A DNA stretch of 64,000 bases from an uncultured Chloroflexia bacterium (lineage in GTDB: Bacteria; Chloroflexota; Limnocylindria; Limnocylindrales; CSP1-4): the NCBI GenBank assembly GCA_963823925.1, contig CAWGNI010000010.1, positions 279,424-343,423 of the forward strand. The letters run 5' to 3'. Shown in pieces: positions 30,066-41,303 of the stretch. The stretch's first letter is position 1, and each line of letters begins with the position of its first letter. The notes beneath the pieces were generated by a model. That model saw only the letters and a list, made by a program, of their open reading frames with translations. It was not told the origin of the DNA and did not search any database. Made by a program: the position numbers and the translations under genes.

Positions 30066-30857
30066 ATGGAGCGAGAGCCTGACGGCGGGAGTGATTTCGG
30101 CCCGGAGCACGAGCGAGACCTCGGCGACGAGCCGCCGCCCGTGTATCGAGACAGCGCGCCGGATTACCTCGCCCCGATCGATGCGACGTCACCCGTCAGC
30201 GGGCACTCGCCGGCGCCTGTCGCGACGACGCCCCTCGCCGAGGCACCAGAACACGACTGGACACACGCTCGAACCCTGCTCTATCCGGCCTTCCGCCCGG
30301 TCGGCACCCAGGGTCTCGACATCGCCACGATCGACCGCGAGGCCCTCGTGGGCCACGCTTCCCAGAGTCACGCCCAGCCGCTCCTCGATGAAGGCCCGGC
30401 GGGCTTGCCGGTCGTGTACACGATCGACGCCGGGGCGTACGACATCGTGGTCAACGGCGACCATCTCCTGGCGTGGGGCGTCGAGCCGGCCGAGATCCAG
30501 GATGCAGCCATGCACAACCTGGCCGCCTGGTCGGCCACGGCGCCATGGACCGACGAAGTTTCGGGCGATCGACGGTTGATCAGCTCGGACACTGGCAACG
30601 GCTGGGACGCGGCGCGGATCCTCCTGCCAGAGGTCGTCGCCCACCTCGTCGCGGAACTCGGTCCTGCCGGACGGATCCTCGTGGGTCTCCCCGAGCGCCA
30701 CCTGCTGACCGCCGGGTCCCTGGGACCGGGTGACGACGACTTCGCCGGCCTGTTTGCCGATTTCGTCCTGGAGCACTCGGGCGGTGCCGACGAGCCCATC
30801 GACCGCCGCGTGTTCGAACTGGTCGACGGCCGCCTCGTCGAGTTCGGGGGCGTTTGA
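30066..30857 (+). CDS. Hypothetical protein (possibly DUF1444-like) with acidic N-terminus
   Basis: GGAGG-type SD and GC3-biased ORF. The pattern LYPAFRP...VVYTID...AAMHNL...DAARILL...VGLPERHLL is recalled as DUF1444-like. Confidence 0.6.
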   Translation: MEREPDGGSDFGPEHERDLGDEPPPVYRDSAPDYLAPIDATSPVSGHSPAPVATTPLAEAPEHDWTHARTLLYPAFRPVGTQGLDIATIDREALVGHASQSHAQPLLDEGPAGLPVVYTIDAGAYDIVVNGDHLLAWGVEPAEIQDAAMHNLAAWSATAPWTDEVSGDRRLISSDTGNGWDAARILLPEVVAHLVAELGPAGRILVGLPERHLLTAGSLGPGDDDFAGLFADFVLEHSGGADEPIDRRVFELVDGRLVEFGGV

Positions 30858-30864
30858 GCGCTCG

Positions 30865-31677
30865 ATGGACCGTGATGGTTCGGCCGGGGCGCCGATGTCG
30901 CTTCGGTACGAGGTCGCCGACGGCGTCGCGACCATCACGCTCGACCGTCCTGCGGCGCTCAATGCCCTGACCATCCCGCTCAAGGTGGAGCTGCTCGCTG
31001 CGTTTCGCGCGGTCGCGCGGGACCGAAGCGTGCGGGCGGTCATCCTGACGGGCGCCGGTCGGGCGTTCTGCGCGGGCCAGGATCTCAAGGAACGGCTGAC
31101 GCCCGATGCGACACCGCTGGCGGTCGAGTTGCGCGAACGCTACAACCCGATCGTGTCGGCGATGCGAGCGCTCGACCAGCCGATCGTGGGCGCGATCAAC
31201 GGGGTCGCCGCCGGGGCCGGTGCGTCACTCGCCTTCGCCTGCGACGTTCGGATCGCTGCCGAGACAGCGTCGTTCTCGCTCGCGTTCGGACGGATCGGGC
31301 TCGTACCCGACAGTGGGGCGACCTGGTTCCTGCCGCGCCTCGTCGGGCAGTCCCGGGCGGCGCAGCTCGCCCTGCTCGGCGAGACCCTGAGTGCATCGGA
31401 GGCTGAGCGGATCGGGCTGGTCGCCCGGATCGTGCCCGCTGAGGAGCTGGAGGCGGCGGCACGGTCGGTCGCCACGCAGCTTGCCGGTCTCGCGCCGACC
31501 GCGCTGGCGTTGACCAAGCACGCCCTGGACCGGTCGGGGGACCTGTCGCTCGATGCGGCCCTGGAGGATGAGGCGTTCCGGCAGGGGATCGCTGGCGCGA
31601 CCGCCGATCACGCGGAAGGACTGGCGGCCTTCGTCGAGAAGCGCAGCCCCCGGTTCACCGGCGATCGAGGCCCTTGA
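30865..31677 (+). CDS. paaG: Ring-1,2-epoxyphenylacetyl-CoA isomerase-like crotonase (PaaG)
   Basis: LDRPAALNAL, AFCAGQDL, GVAAGAGASLAFACD and IGLVPDSGATWFLPRLVG (catalytic Asp in PDSG). Confidence 0.85.
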   Translation: MDRDGSAGAPMSLRYEVADGVATITLDRPAALNALTIPLKVELLAAFRAVARDRSVRAVILTGAGRAFCAGQDLKERLTPDATPLAVELRERYNPIVSAMRALDQPIVGAINGVAAGAGASLAFACDVRIAAETASFSLAFGRIGLVPDSGATWFLPRLVGQSRAAQLALLGETLSASEAERIGLVARIVPAEELEAAARSVATQLAGLAPTALALTKHALDRSGDLSLDAALEDEAFRQGIAGATADHAEGLAAFVEKRSPRFTGDRGP

Positions 31678-31707
31678 CGCCCGTCACCGTCCACCGTAGT
31701 CTCCCAG

Positions 31708-31723
31708 ACTAACGAGCGTTAGT
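31708..31723. promoter_or_regulatory. PaaR-type operator palindrome ACTAACGAGCGTTAGT
   Basis: Perfect 7-bp arms with a 2-nt spacer just upstream of the TetR gene. The core fits the CNAACGNNCGTTNG consensus described for Thermus thermophilus PaaR (recalled). Confidence 0.8.
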
Positions 31724-31739
31724 TAGGAGCCATCCAGGC

Positions 31740-32344
31740 ATGGTCGAGACCGGCCGTCGTCGCGAGATCGAGGACGCCGCGAGCACGCTGTTCCACGAGC
31801 ACGGGTACTCGGGGACGAGCGTGCGCGACATCGCCCGGGCGGTGGACATCCAGGGCGCCAGCCTGTACGCGCACGTGGCCTCGAAACAGGACGTCCTGTG
31901 GGCCATCGTCGAACGGATGGCGACCCGGTTCGAGGACGCGGCGGATGCGGTCGAAGAGGCTGACCCCGGCGCGCTCGTATTCGGGCCCGGCGTCCAGCTC
32001 ATCGGCCTCGTCCGAGCGCATGTCGGCGTCGTGACCGATGACCTCGAACGCGCCAGCGTGTTCATCCACGAGTGGCGCGCGCTGGAGATCGGATCGTCAC
32101 GACGAGATCGCCCGTCGCCGCGACGCGTACGAGCAGCGGTTCCGCGCGGCCATCGACGGTGGGGTCGACGTCGGGGGCGTTCGTCGCGGTCGACCCGACC
32201 GTGACGACGGCGTTCATCCTGACCGCGCTCAATGGTCTCGTGTCCTGGTATCGACCGGATGGGCGGTGGTCCGCGCGCGAGGTCGCGGACGCGTACGCCG
32301 ATCTGACCCTGCGGGCCGTCCAGGCGGCCGGGACCAGGCGATGA
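31740..32344 (+). CDS. TetR-family regulator, PaaR-like (frameshifts near 32086 and 32175)
   Basis: AASTLFHEHGYSGTSVRDIARAVDIQGASLYAHVASKQDVL; corrected C-terminus ...ALNGLVSWYRPDGR; directly upstream of paaA. Confidence 0.88.
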
Positions 32345-33330
32345 CGGACCCGCTCGCCCTCGAGCCCATCCTCGAACCCGCTGGACCGCGAGCCGCCCGG
32401 CCTTCGACGCCGAGCTCTCGCATGACGAGCGGTTCGGCCCTGTTCGAAGCCCATATCGCAGCCGGGTCCAAGGTGGAAGCGACCGACTGGATGCCGGACG
32501 AATACCGCACGTCGGTCCTTCGCTTCGTGGAGATGCACGCCAACAGCGAGCTGATGGGGGTCCTCCCCGAACGCGAGTGGCTGATGCGCGCACCGACCCT
32601 GCGCCGGAAGCTGGCGCTCACCGCCAAGGTCCAGGACGAGGTCGGTCATGCGCAGCTCCTCTATCGAGTCGCGGAGGACCTGGGAAAGCCGCGCGAGGCC
32701 ATGTTCGACGACCTGCTGGCCGGCCGGACCAAGTTCCACAACGTGTTCCACTATCCGACGGTCGGCTGGGCTGACGTCGGGATGATCGCCTGGCTCGTGG
32801 ACGCCGCTGCGATCGTCGCGCAGCAGGCGTTGCGCGACTCGTCATACGCGCCGTACGCGCGGACGATGCGAAAGATCTGCTGGGAGGAGTCGGTCCACAT
32901 CATGCATGGTCGCGACGTCGTCGTGACGATGGTCACCGGGACCGCGAACCAACGCGCCGCGATCCAGGATGCCCTGGAGCGCTGGTGGCAGCCGCTGATG
33001 CAGATGCACGGCCCGCGCTCGGACCGCGACAAGGACCGCGACCTCCACTGGCGGATCAAGGCGAAGACCTCCGAGGAGCTTCGCCAGGAATTCCTGACCA
33101 TCTACGTGCCCCGGATCCGCGAGCTCGGTCTCGTCATCCCGGACCCCGAGCTGCGCTATGACGAGTCGGCGGCCGAGTGGCGGTACACCGAACCGGACTG
33201 GGACGAGTTGCGCCGCGTCGTCACGAACCACGGACCGATGTCCGAGTCGCGCCTGGCCTTCCGACGACTCGTCCGCGAGGAGACCCGATGGGTTCGCGAG
33301 TCGATCCTCGGGGTCGCGGCCGCGGCGTGA
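32341..33330 (+). CDS. paaA: Phenylacetyl-CoA epoxidase catalytic subunit A
   Basis: VEATDWMPDEYR, HANSELMG, RAPTLRRK, AKVQDEVGH, WLVDAAAI and CWEESVH (diiron ExxH ligands). Confidence 0.92.
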   Translation: MTDPLALEPILEPAGPRAARPSTPSSRMTSGSALFEAHIAAGSKVEATDWMPDEYRTSVLRFVEMHANSELMGVLPEREWLMRAPTLRRKLALTAKVQDEVGHAQLLYRVAEDLGKPREAMFDDLLAGRTKFHNVFHYPTVGWADVGMIAWLVDAAAIVAQQALRDSSYAPYARTMRKICWEESVHIMHGRDVVVTMVTGTANQRAAIQDALERWWQPLMQMHGPRSDRDKDRDLHWRIKAKTSEELRQEFLTIYVPRIRELGLVIPDPELRYDESAAEWRYTEPDWDELRRVVTNHGPMSESRLAFRRLVREETRWVRESILGVAAAA

Positions 33331-33683
33331 GCGCCGAGAAGCCGGAGGTGCCCGATCCGGGTTCGGCCTCAGCAGGGCTCGAGGCGTGGGAGGTCTTCCG
33401 ACGCGAGAAGGACGGTGATCCGATGCGTCACGGCGGCAGCGTCATGGCGCCGGATGCCGAGCTCGCCGTGCATTACGCTCGCGAGATGTTCGGCCGGCGA
33501 CAGGAGAGTGTCCGGCTGTGGGTCGTCCGCCGCGGAGACGTCGTCGACCTCGATGATCCAGACCTGCTCCAGCCGCCGCTCGACCGCTCGTTCAAGAAGC
33601 CGGGCGGGTACGTGATGCGGGACAAGCTGGCGGCCGCTCGCGAGGCCGCCAGCCAGCCCAAACCCAGGGCGCGTTCGAAGTGA
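33327..33683 (+). CDS. paaB: Phenylacetyl-CoA epoxidase subunit B
   Basis: WEVFRR...HGGSVMAPDAELAVHYAREMFGRRQE...LWVV. Confidence 0.88.
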   Translation: MSAEKPEVPDPGSASAGLEAWEVFRREKDGDPMRHGGSVMAPDAELAVHYAREMFGRRQESVRLWVVRRGDVVDLDDPDLLQPPLDRSFKKPGGYVMRDKLAAAREAASQPKPRARSK

Positions 33684-34447
33684 CCGCCGCCGTCTCGCTC
33701 CCGGAGGCGGCCATCGGGGAGTTGCTCCTGTCGATGGCCGACGACGAGTTCGTCATCGGGTTCTCGGATTCCGAATGGACCGGCATCGCCCCACTGCTCG
33801 AAGAGGACGTGGCGATGAGTTCGATCGCCCAGGACGAGCTGGGCCATGCGGCCGCCCTCTACGGGTTGCTCGCCGGCCTGCTCGACACGAACGCCGATGC
33901 GATCGCCTACGACCGGGAGCCGGACGAGTACCGCCACTGTCGCCTGCTGGACCACGGCCGCGGCGACTGGGCGATGACGATCGCCCGACGGTTCCTGTAC
34001 GACACGGCCGACACGGTCCGGCTCGAGGCCGCGGCAGCCGGTTCGTGGCCGCCATTGGCCGAACTCGTGGGCAAGCTCATCCGCGAGGAGCGATACCACC
34101 GGATGCACGCCGAGGTCTGGCTCGATCGGCTGGCCCGAAGCGACGGAGAGCCGCGGGCGCGCCTCCTGGCCGCGCTCGAGGAACTGGCTCCGGACGCCGC
34201 GACGGTGTTCACTCCGCTGTCCGGAGAACCGGCACTGCTCGAGGCCGGGATCCTCGAGGGACCGTCCGCTGAGCTCGAAGGCCGCTGGCGCGCCACGATC
34301 GAACCGACCTTCGAGTCCCTCGACCTGCCGATGCCGCCCCCGGCCGATCGGATCGAACGCGGTCGACTCGACCATGGTGTGCACTTCCGAACGTTGTGGG
34401 ATGGGTTCACCTCGGTCCGCCGGGCCGATCCTGGAGCGACCTGGTGA
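33680..34447 (+). CDS. paaC: Phenylacetyl-CoA epoxidase subunit C
   Basis: SMADDEFVIG, SEWTGIAPLLEEDVAMSSIAQDELGHA and KLIREERYH. Confidence 0.92.
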   Translation: MTAAVSLPEAAIGELLLSMADDEFVIGFSDSEWTGIAPLLEEDVAMSSIAQDELGHAAALYGLLAGLLDTNADAIAYDREPDEYRHCRLLDHGRGDWAMTIARRFLYDTADTVRLEAAAAGSWPPLAELVGKLIREERYHRMHAEVWLDRLARSDGEPRARLLAALEELAPDAATVFTPLSGEPALLEAGILEGPSAELEGRWRATIEPTFESLDLPMPPPADRIERGRLDHGVHFRTLWDGFTSVRRADPGATW

Positions 34448-34991
34448 GCGAGTCGGCGACGCAGGTCGGGGTCGCCCGATCCCGCGCGGCCGGCCTCGCC
34501 CCGACGCTCGATCTGGCCGCGGTGTGGGCCGCCCTCGCCGAGGTCATGGATCCCGAGCTGCCGGTGCTGTCCGTCGTGGACCTCGGGATCGTCCACCGGG
34601 TCACGGTCGAGCCGACCGGCGGCGCGATCGACGTCGAGATCCTGCCGACCTTCGTCGGCTGCCCGGCGCTCGAGGTGATCAAGGCATCGATCGCCGACCG
34701 ACTGGGTGCGTTCGGGCGTCCGGTAGGGGTCGAGGCCACGTTCGAGATCCCCTGGACGTCGGACCGGATCACGCCTGCTGGACGCGAGGCGCTCGCCGCG
34801 GCGGGCATCGCCCCGCCCACATCCGGGGTCGACGGCGGGGGCTCCCTGATCGCGCTTGAGGCGCGCGTCGCCTGCCCGCACTGTGGTTCATGGCGGACGA
34901 CCCTTGAGAACCTGTTCGGGCCACCCAGTGCCGGACGATCCGCTACTGCGCCGAGTGCCGGCAGCCATTCGAAGCGATCAAACCGGTCTGA
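34444..34991 (+). CDS. paaD: Phenylacetyl-CoA epoxidase maturation subunit D (frameshift near 34921)
   Basis: VMDPELPVLSVVDLGIV, PTFVGCPA, WTSDRIT and CPHCGS; the corrected tail reads FGPTQCRTIRYCAECRQPFEAIK. Confidence 0.9.
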
Positions 34992-34994
34992 TCC

Positions 34995-36201
34995 GTGACC
35001 GTCGGGGTCGTCGGAGCCGGGACGATGGGGGCCGGGATCGCCCAGCTCGCGCTCGAAGCTGGACAGATCGTGGGCATCCACGACGTCGATCTCGCCGCGA
35101 TCGACCGCGGCCGGTCGCGGATCCGCTCGGGCCTCGGGCGACGGGCTCGGCGGCTCGACCTCGACGCCAGGGCGGCGGATGCCTGGGTCGATGAGCGGAT
35201 CGAGCGACTGTTCGATGCGCTGACGCTCGACGAGCTTGCCGACGCGGCTCCTGCGCTGGTCATCGAAGCCGCACTCGAGGACCTCGAGGCCAAGCGATCG
35301 ATCTTCGAGGCGCTCGATCGGACCACATCGGCAGACACGATCCTGGCGACCAACACGAGCGCCCTGTCCGTGGCCGCGATCGCCGATCGGACCGCCCGGC
35401 CGGGGCGGGTCCTCGGCCTCCATTTCTTCAATCCGGCGCCGGTCATGCCCCTGGTCGAGGTGGTGTCCGGGCCGGCGACGGACCCGACCGTCGCGGATCT
35501 GGCCGCTCGACTGGTCACGACCTGGGGCAAGGTCCCGGTGCACTGTTCGGACACACCCGGCTTCATCGTCAACCGGGTCAACCGCCCATTCACCCTCGAG
35601 GCCCTGACCATCCTGTCCTCCGGTGGCGGTTCCGTCGAGGCGATCGACCGAGCCCTCCGGTCGGCCGGCTTCCCGATGGGCCCGTTCGAGTTGATGGATC
35701 TCGTCGGTCTCGACATCAACCTGGCAGCCGCCCGGGGCCTCTTCGAGCGGACGGTCGCGTCCGGCGATCCACTCGCGAACCGGTTCCGTCCGTCCCCGAT
35801 CCAGGAGCACCTGGTCGCGACCGGCCGGCTCGGGCGCAAGTCGAGGGCCGGCTTCTACCGCTACGACGAGGCCGATCAGCTCATCGGCCCCGCGCCGGAC
35901 AGTCATCGGGGCGGATGGCGGCGCCGCACCTCGTCCCGGAGGGATCGGCGACGATGGCCGATCGCTCGCCGAGCGGATCATCCTGGCCATCGTCAACGAG
36001 GCGTATCGGGCCGTCGGGAGCGGCGTCGCATCCGCCGCCGACATCGATCTCGCGATGCGGCTCGGTGCCGGGCACCCCATCGGCCCGTTCGAGCGTGCCG
36101 CGCAGCTCGGCGGGCCTGCCGCCGTCCGGGACCGGCTCCGGGCGTACGCGAGCGAGGGCCCGCGGTTCACGCCCGCCCCAGGGCTACTCGCGGAGGGGTG
36201 A
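34995..36201 (+). CDS. paaH: 3-hydroxyacyl-CoA dehydrogenase (PaaH-like; frameshift near 35900)
   Basis: [43 protein letters not shown] and PGFIVNRV; a second C-domain [15 protein letters not shown] lies in the shifted frame. Confidence 0.85.
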
Positions 36202-36220
36202 CCCCGCTACCATCAGTCGC

Positions 36221-37453
<1,233 letters not shown>

Positions 37454-37486
37454 TCGCGACTGGTACGAGAGTTTCGGCGCGGGCGC

Positions 37487-37515
37487 TTGTCGAAACCCGT
37501 TGCCGTGCGTACGAT
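37487..37515 (+). promoter_or_regulatory. Sigma70-type promoter upstream of the iscA/erpA-like gene
   Basis: TTGTCG (37487-37492), a 17-nt spacer, and TACGAT (37510-37515). Confidence 0.6.
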
Positions 37516-37585
37516 GACCGGGCACACGGACGTCCGTCGTCCCGACGCCTGACCTCGAAGCAACCTCGCGGAGGGACCGAACCCG

Positions 37586-37966
37586 ATGATCGACCAGCAG
37601 CCCCAGGTGGTGTCCCTGACTGACGCCGCGGTCCTCAAGCTCCAGGAGCTGACCAAGGAGGAGACCAACCCGGACATCGGCCTGCGGGTCTATGTCTATT
37701 CAGGTGGTTGCTCAGGGTTCCGCTACGGGATGATGCTCGAGGACGCGCCGACCCCAGAGGACCAGGTCCTGAGCGCGAGCGGGATCAAGGTCTACGTGGA
37801 TGGCCAGAGCATCAGCCTGCTCCAGGGTTCGCAGATCGACTACGTCGACACGCTCATGGGCGCCGGCTTCACGGTCAACAACCCGAACGCCGTCGCCGCG
37901 TGCGGTTGCGGATCCAGCTTCCGGACCGCCGATGACGAGGGTGCACCCAAGGGCTGCTCGCACTGA
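37586..37966 (+). CDS. HesB/IscA/ErpA A-type Fe-S carrier
   Basis: LTDAAVLKL, SGGCSGFRYGM, GSQIDY and NPNAVAACGCGSSF. Confidence 0.95.
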   Translation: MIDQQPQVVSLTDAAVLKLQELTKEETNPDIGLRVYVYSGGCSGFRYGMMLEDAPTPEDQVLSASGIKVYVDGQSISLLQGSQIDYVDTLMGAGFTVNNPNAVAACGCGSSFRTADDEGAPKGCSH

Positions 37967-38010
37967 CCTGATCGAGCGCAGGCCGCGCGCATCGGCCGCC
38001 TGACAGGTCG

Positions 38011-38835
38011 ATGGAGATCCCGCTCTTCCCGCTGCATACGGTCCTCTGCCCCGGCATCGTGGTGCCGCTCCACATCTTCGAGGATCGCTATCGCGCGCTG
38101 ACCCGCCACTGCCTCGACACCGGCGCGCCGTTCGGGGTCGTCCTGATCCGGGACGGGCGCGAGGTGGGATCGACCGACGTCCTGACCCTTGCCGGGATCG
38201 GCGCGATGGTCGAGATCCGCGAAGCGGGCCGCTATGCGGATGGTCGCTTCGATCTGCTCGCCGCGGCGACCGGCCGGTTCAGTCTCGACGCCGTGGATCC
38301 CGGGCGAGAGCCGTACCTGGTCGCAGAGGTGACGCCCCTGGCGGACGACATCGGCGATGCGCCCCGAGCGGAGCGACTGGCGGCGACCGCCATCCGCAAG
38401 TTCGTCCGCTACCTCGAACTGATGCGGACCCGCGACGGCGAGACCAACGACACCCTGGATGTCCAGGTCGAGATCGACGGGGAGACCGGCGGCGACGGCG
38501 ATCCGCCGGCGCCGTCGGCAGGGCGCCCGGCCGACGACGATGTCGAGGTCGTGTTCGATGCCGGCCCGCGCGGCGATCTCGCCATCCCGGACGATCCGAC
38601 CGTCCTCTCCTACCTCCTGTCCGGGATCGTCCAGATCGAAGTCCCGCGACGCCAGGCCCTGCTCGAGGCGACGACGACGACGGAGCGACTCGAGGCACTC
38701 ATCGCGCTGCTCGACCGCGAGCTCGTCCTGCTCTCGGCTCGGTTGCGCCTGTTCGTCCCCGATCCCGCGGCTGGTCGGCCGGACCGGCCGGAGCTGAACC
38801 GCTCGACCCACGGCCCCTCGCCGGCTACTCGCTGA
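38011..38835 (+). CDS. LON peptidase substrate-binding-domain protein
   Basis: IPLFPLHTVLCPG, PLHIFEDRYR, FGVVLIRDGREVG and RQALLEA. Confidence 0.88.
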   Translation: MEIPLFPLHTVLCPGIVVPLHIFEDRYRALTRHCLDTGAPFGVVLIRDGREVGSTDVLTLAGIGAMVEIREAGRYADGRFDLLAAATGRFSLDAVDPGREPYLVAEVTPLADDIGDAPRAERLAATAIRKFVRYLELMRTRDGETNDTLDVQVEIDGETGGDGDPPAPSAGRPADDDVEVVFDAGPRGDLAIPDDPTVLSYLLSGIVQIEVPRRQALLEATTTTERLEALIALLDRELVLLSARLRLFVPDPAAGRPDRPELNRSTHGPSPATR

Positions 38836-39427
38836 ACCGCTCCTCCAGCCATGGGTCGGCGTCGTTGTTGTAGCCGTAGCGCTCCCAGAAGCCGAGCTGG
38901 TCGTGGTCGAGGAACTCGAGGCCCCGGATCCACTTGCTGCTCTTCCAGAAGTACTTCTTGGGGATGAGGAGGCGCAGCGGATACCCGTGCTCGAGCTCCA
39001 GTGGCTCGCCGCCGAACGTGTCGGCGAGCAGGACGTCGTCGTCATCGAGAACGGACAGCGGCACGTTCGCCGTATAGCCCTGCTCGGCATGCGAGACGAC
39101 GTGGCTGGCGGTCGCGCGGACCCCGGCCATCTCCAGGATCGTCTGGATCGCGACGCCCTCCCAGGTGGTATCGAGCTTCGTCCAGCGGGTGACGCAATGG
39201 ATGTCCGTGGCCACGGTCTTGCGCGGCAGGTCCTTGAATTGCTGCCAGGTGAGGGTGAACGGCGAGTCGACCTCGCCCCACACCCTGAAGTCCCAGGTCG
39301 CGAGGTCGGTGCGGGGAACGGATCCGTAGTGGAGGACCGGGAACTTGTCCGTCTTGTACTGGCCCGGTGGGATCCGGGTGGCGATCGCAGGATCCTGTTC
39401 CTTGGTGCCGAAGAGTCGCTCGAACAT
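38825..39427 (-). CDS. Sulfite-oxidase-like molybdopterin oxidoreductase
   Basis: RIPPGQY, FPVLHYG, DIHCVTRW, HGYPLRL, YFWKSSKW and GFWERYGY. Confidence 0.92.
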   Translation of the reverse strand: MFERLFGTKEQDPAIATRIPPGQYKTDKFPVLHYGSVPRTDLATWDFRVWGEVDSPFTLTWQQFKDLPRKTVATDIHCVTRWTKLDTTWEGVAIQTILEMAGVRATASHVVSHAEQGYTANVPLSVLDDDDVLLADTFGGEPLELEHGYPLRLLIPKKYFWKSSKWIRGLEFLDHDQLGFWERYGYNNDADPWLEERFSE

Positions 39428-39537
39428 GGGCGCGGTGACCTCGAGGCTTGGCTGACCGCGGTATCGTCTCACACGCGGATGACGGCTCCGTGACTGCCTG
39501 AGGGTCTGGCGCGACTCGGGTGGGGTACCCTTCGCGG

Positions 39538-40314
39538 GTGGTCAGCCCGGAGTCAGCGGATCGCCCGCCGCGTCTCGTCGTCGTGATGCCCGCCTACAAT
39601 GCCGCCCGGACGCTGGAGCGGACCTACGCGGACATCCCCCACAGCCTGGTCGACCGGATCATCCTCGTCGACGACGTCTCCGCCGACGAGACCGTCGGGA
39701 TCGCCGCGAAGCTCGGGCTCGACGTGATCATCCACAGCCAGAACCTCGGGTACGGCGGGAACCAGAAGACCTGCTACGACGCCGCCCTCGCCGCCGGCGC
39801 CGACATCGTGGTGATGCTCCACCCCGACTACCAGTACGACGCGACGCGGATCCCGGCGCTCATCGCGCCGATCGCGGCCGGCACGCACGATCTGATGCTC
39901 GGCAGTCGCTTCCTTGGCGACCCGCTCGCCGGCGGCATGCCCCGCTGGAAGTACGTCAGCAATCGGTTCCTGACCGGCCTCGAGAACCTGGTCTTCGGCC
40001 TGCGCCTGTCCGAATACCACACCGGCCTCCGCGCATACAGCCGGCGGTTGCTCGAGACCGTGCCCTACCACCGGAACAGCAACGACTTCGTCTTCGACCA
40101 GGAGCTCATCGCCCAGGTCGTCGCCGTCGGGATGCGCGGCCGGATCGGCGAGATCGCCGTCCCGACGCGGTACTTCGAGGAAGCCTCCTCGGTCGGGTTC
40201 CGGCGGAGCGTCGTGTACGGGCTGTCGACCCTCCGGGTGGTCGCGCGGTACGCGCTGCATCGTCTTCGGGTCCGGCGCTCGGCGAAACTGGCGGCCCGCC
40301 GCCGACCCGACTGA
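39538..40314 (+). CDS. Family 2 glycosyltransferase (DPM-synthase-like)
   Basis: VMPAYNAA, LVDDVS, NLGYGGNQK, MLHPDYQY and GSRF. Confidence 0.92.
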   Translation: MVSPESADRPPRLVVVMPAYNAARTLERTYADIPHSLVDRIILVDDVSADETVGIAAKLGLDVIIHSQNLGYGGNQKTCYDAALAAGADIVVMLHPDYQYDATRIPALIAPIAAGTHDLMLGSRFLGDPLAGGMPRWKYVSNRFLTGLENLVFGLRLSEYHTGLRAYSRRLLETVPYHRNSNDFVFDQELIAQVVAVGMRGRIGEIAVPTRYFEEASSVGFRRSVVYGLSTLRVVARYALHRLRVRRSAKLAARRRPD

Positions 40315-40316
40315 CC

Positions 40317-41303
40317 ATGCGGATCGGGCGCAACGGGCTGCTGCGTGGGGCGCTGGGGATCGCGGTCAGCGTCGTCGCGCTGTGGATCCTCGTCGGATCG
40401 GTCGACATCGCTGCCGCGATCGACGTCCTCCGGACCGCGTCGCCTGCCTGGATCGGGGTGATGCTCATCTCGGCCACGATCGACGTGGGCGCCCGGGGTG
40501 CCCGCTGGCGCGCGCTGCTCATGCCCATCGCCCGACTCCCATACCGCCGCGTCCTCGGCTACACGTACATCGGGTATCTGGCCAACAACGTCTTGCCGGC
40601 CCGGCTCGGTGAGCTGTACCGGAGCCATGCCCTGGGTGACGGTGAGGGGATCAGCCGGACGACGGTCCTCGGCACGGTCGTGGTGGAGCGGGTCGTGGAC
40701 ACGATCATGGTCGTCGCGATCGCCGCCGTCGCCGTCCTTGTCCTGAGCGTTCGGGGCGTGATGACCAGCGCCGTCCTGCTGGGTCTCGCATTCGTGACGC
40801 TCATGGTGATCGCGCTCGGCCTGGGGATGGCCGCCCACCGCCTGCCGGGTGCGGACCGGGTGGCGGCCATCGTCGCCCGCCGACCGAGGCTGCTCGAGCT
40901 GGGTCGTCGGCTGCGCGAGGGGCTGGCGGTCGCGGGCCGGCCCAGGACGGTCGGCGCCGCACTGGCCTTCAGCACGGTCGCCTGGAGTGCCTCCATCCTG
41001 ACCTTCCTGGCGGGTGGCCAGGCCGTGGGCGTCGAGTTGACCGTCGCCCAGGCCGCCCTGCTGACGAGCGGGGTCGCCCTGGTCACGATCGTGCCATCGG
41101 GTCCCGGCTATGTCGGGACCTTCGAACTCACGGTCGTGGGGATCGCGGACGGGTTCGGGATCCCGAGGGACTCGGCGTTCGCGATGGGCCTGCTCGTTCA
41201 CCTCGTGATCCTTGCGACCACGTCGATCGGTGGCGTGATCGCCCTCATCGCCGTGCGTCGTCGGCACCCGATCCCCGAGGCTCCACCGGTGACGACCGGA
41301 TGA
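40317..41303 (+). CDS. UPF0104 / lysylphosphatidylglycerol-synthase TM-domain (flippase-like) protein
   Basis: RWRALL, GYLANNVLPARLGELYR, VVVERVVD and VPSGPGYVGTFE; multi-TM. Confidence 0.9.
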   Translation: MRIGRNGLLRGALGIAVSVVALWILVGSVDIAAAIDVLRTASPAWIGVMLISATIDVGARGARWRALLMPIARLPYRRVLGYTYIGYLANNVLPARLGELYRSHALGDGEGISRTTVLGTVVVERVVDTIMVVAIAAVAVLVLSVRGVMTSAVLLGLAFVTLMVIALGLGMAAHRLPGADRVAAIVARRPRLLELGRRLREGLAVAGRPRTVGAALAFSTVAWSASILTFLAGGQAVGVELTVAQAALLTSGVALVTIVPSGPGYVGTFELTVVGIADGFGIPRDSAFAMGLLVHLVILATTSIGGVIALIAVRRRHPIPEAPPVTTG

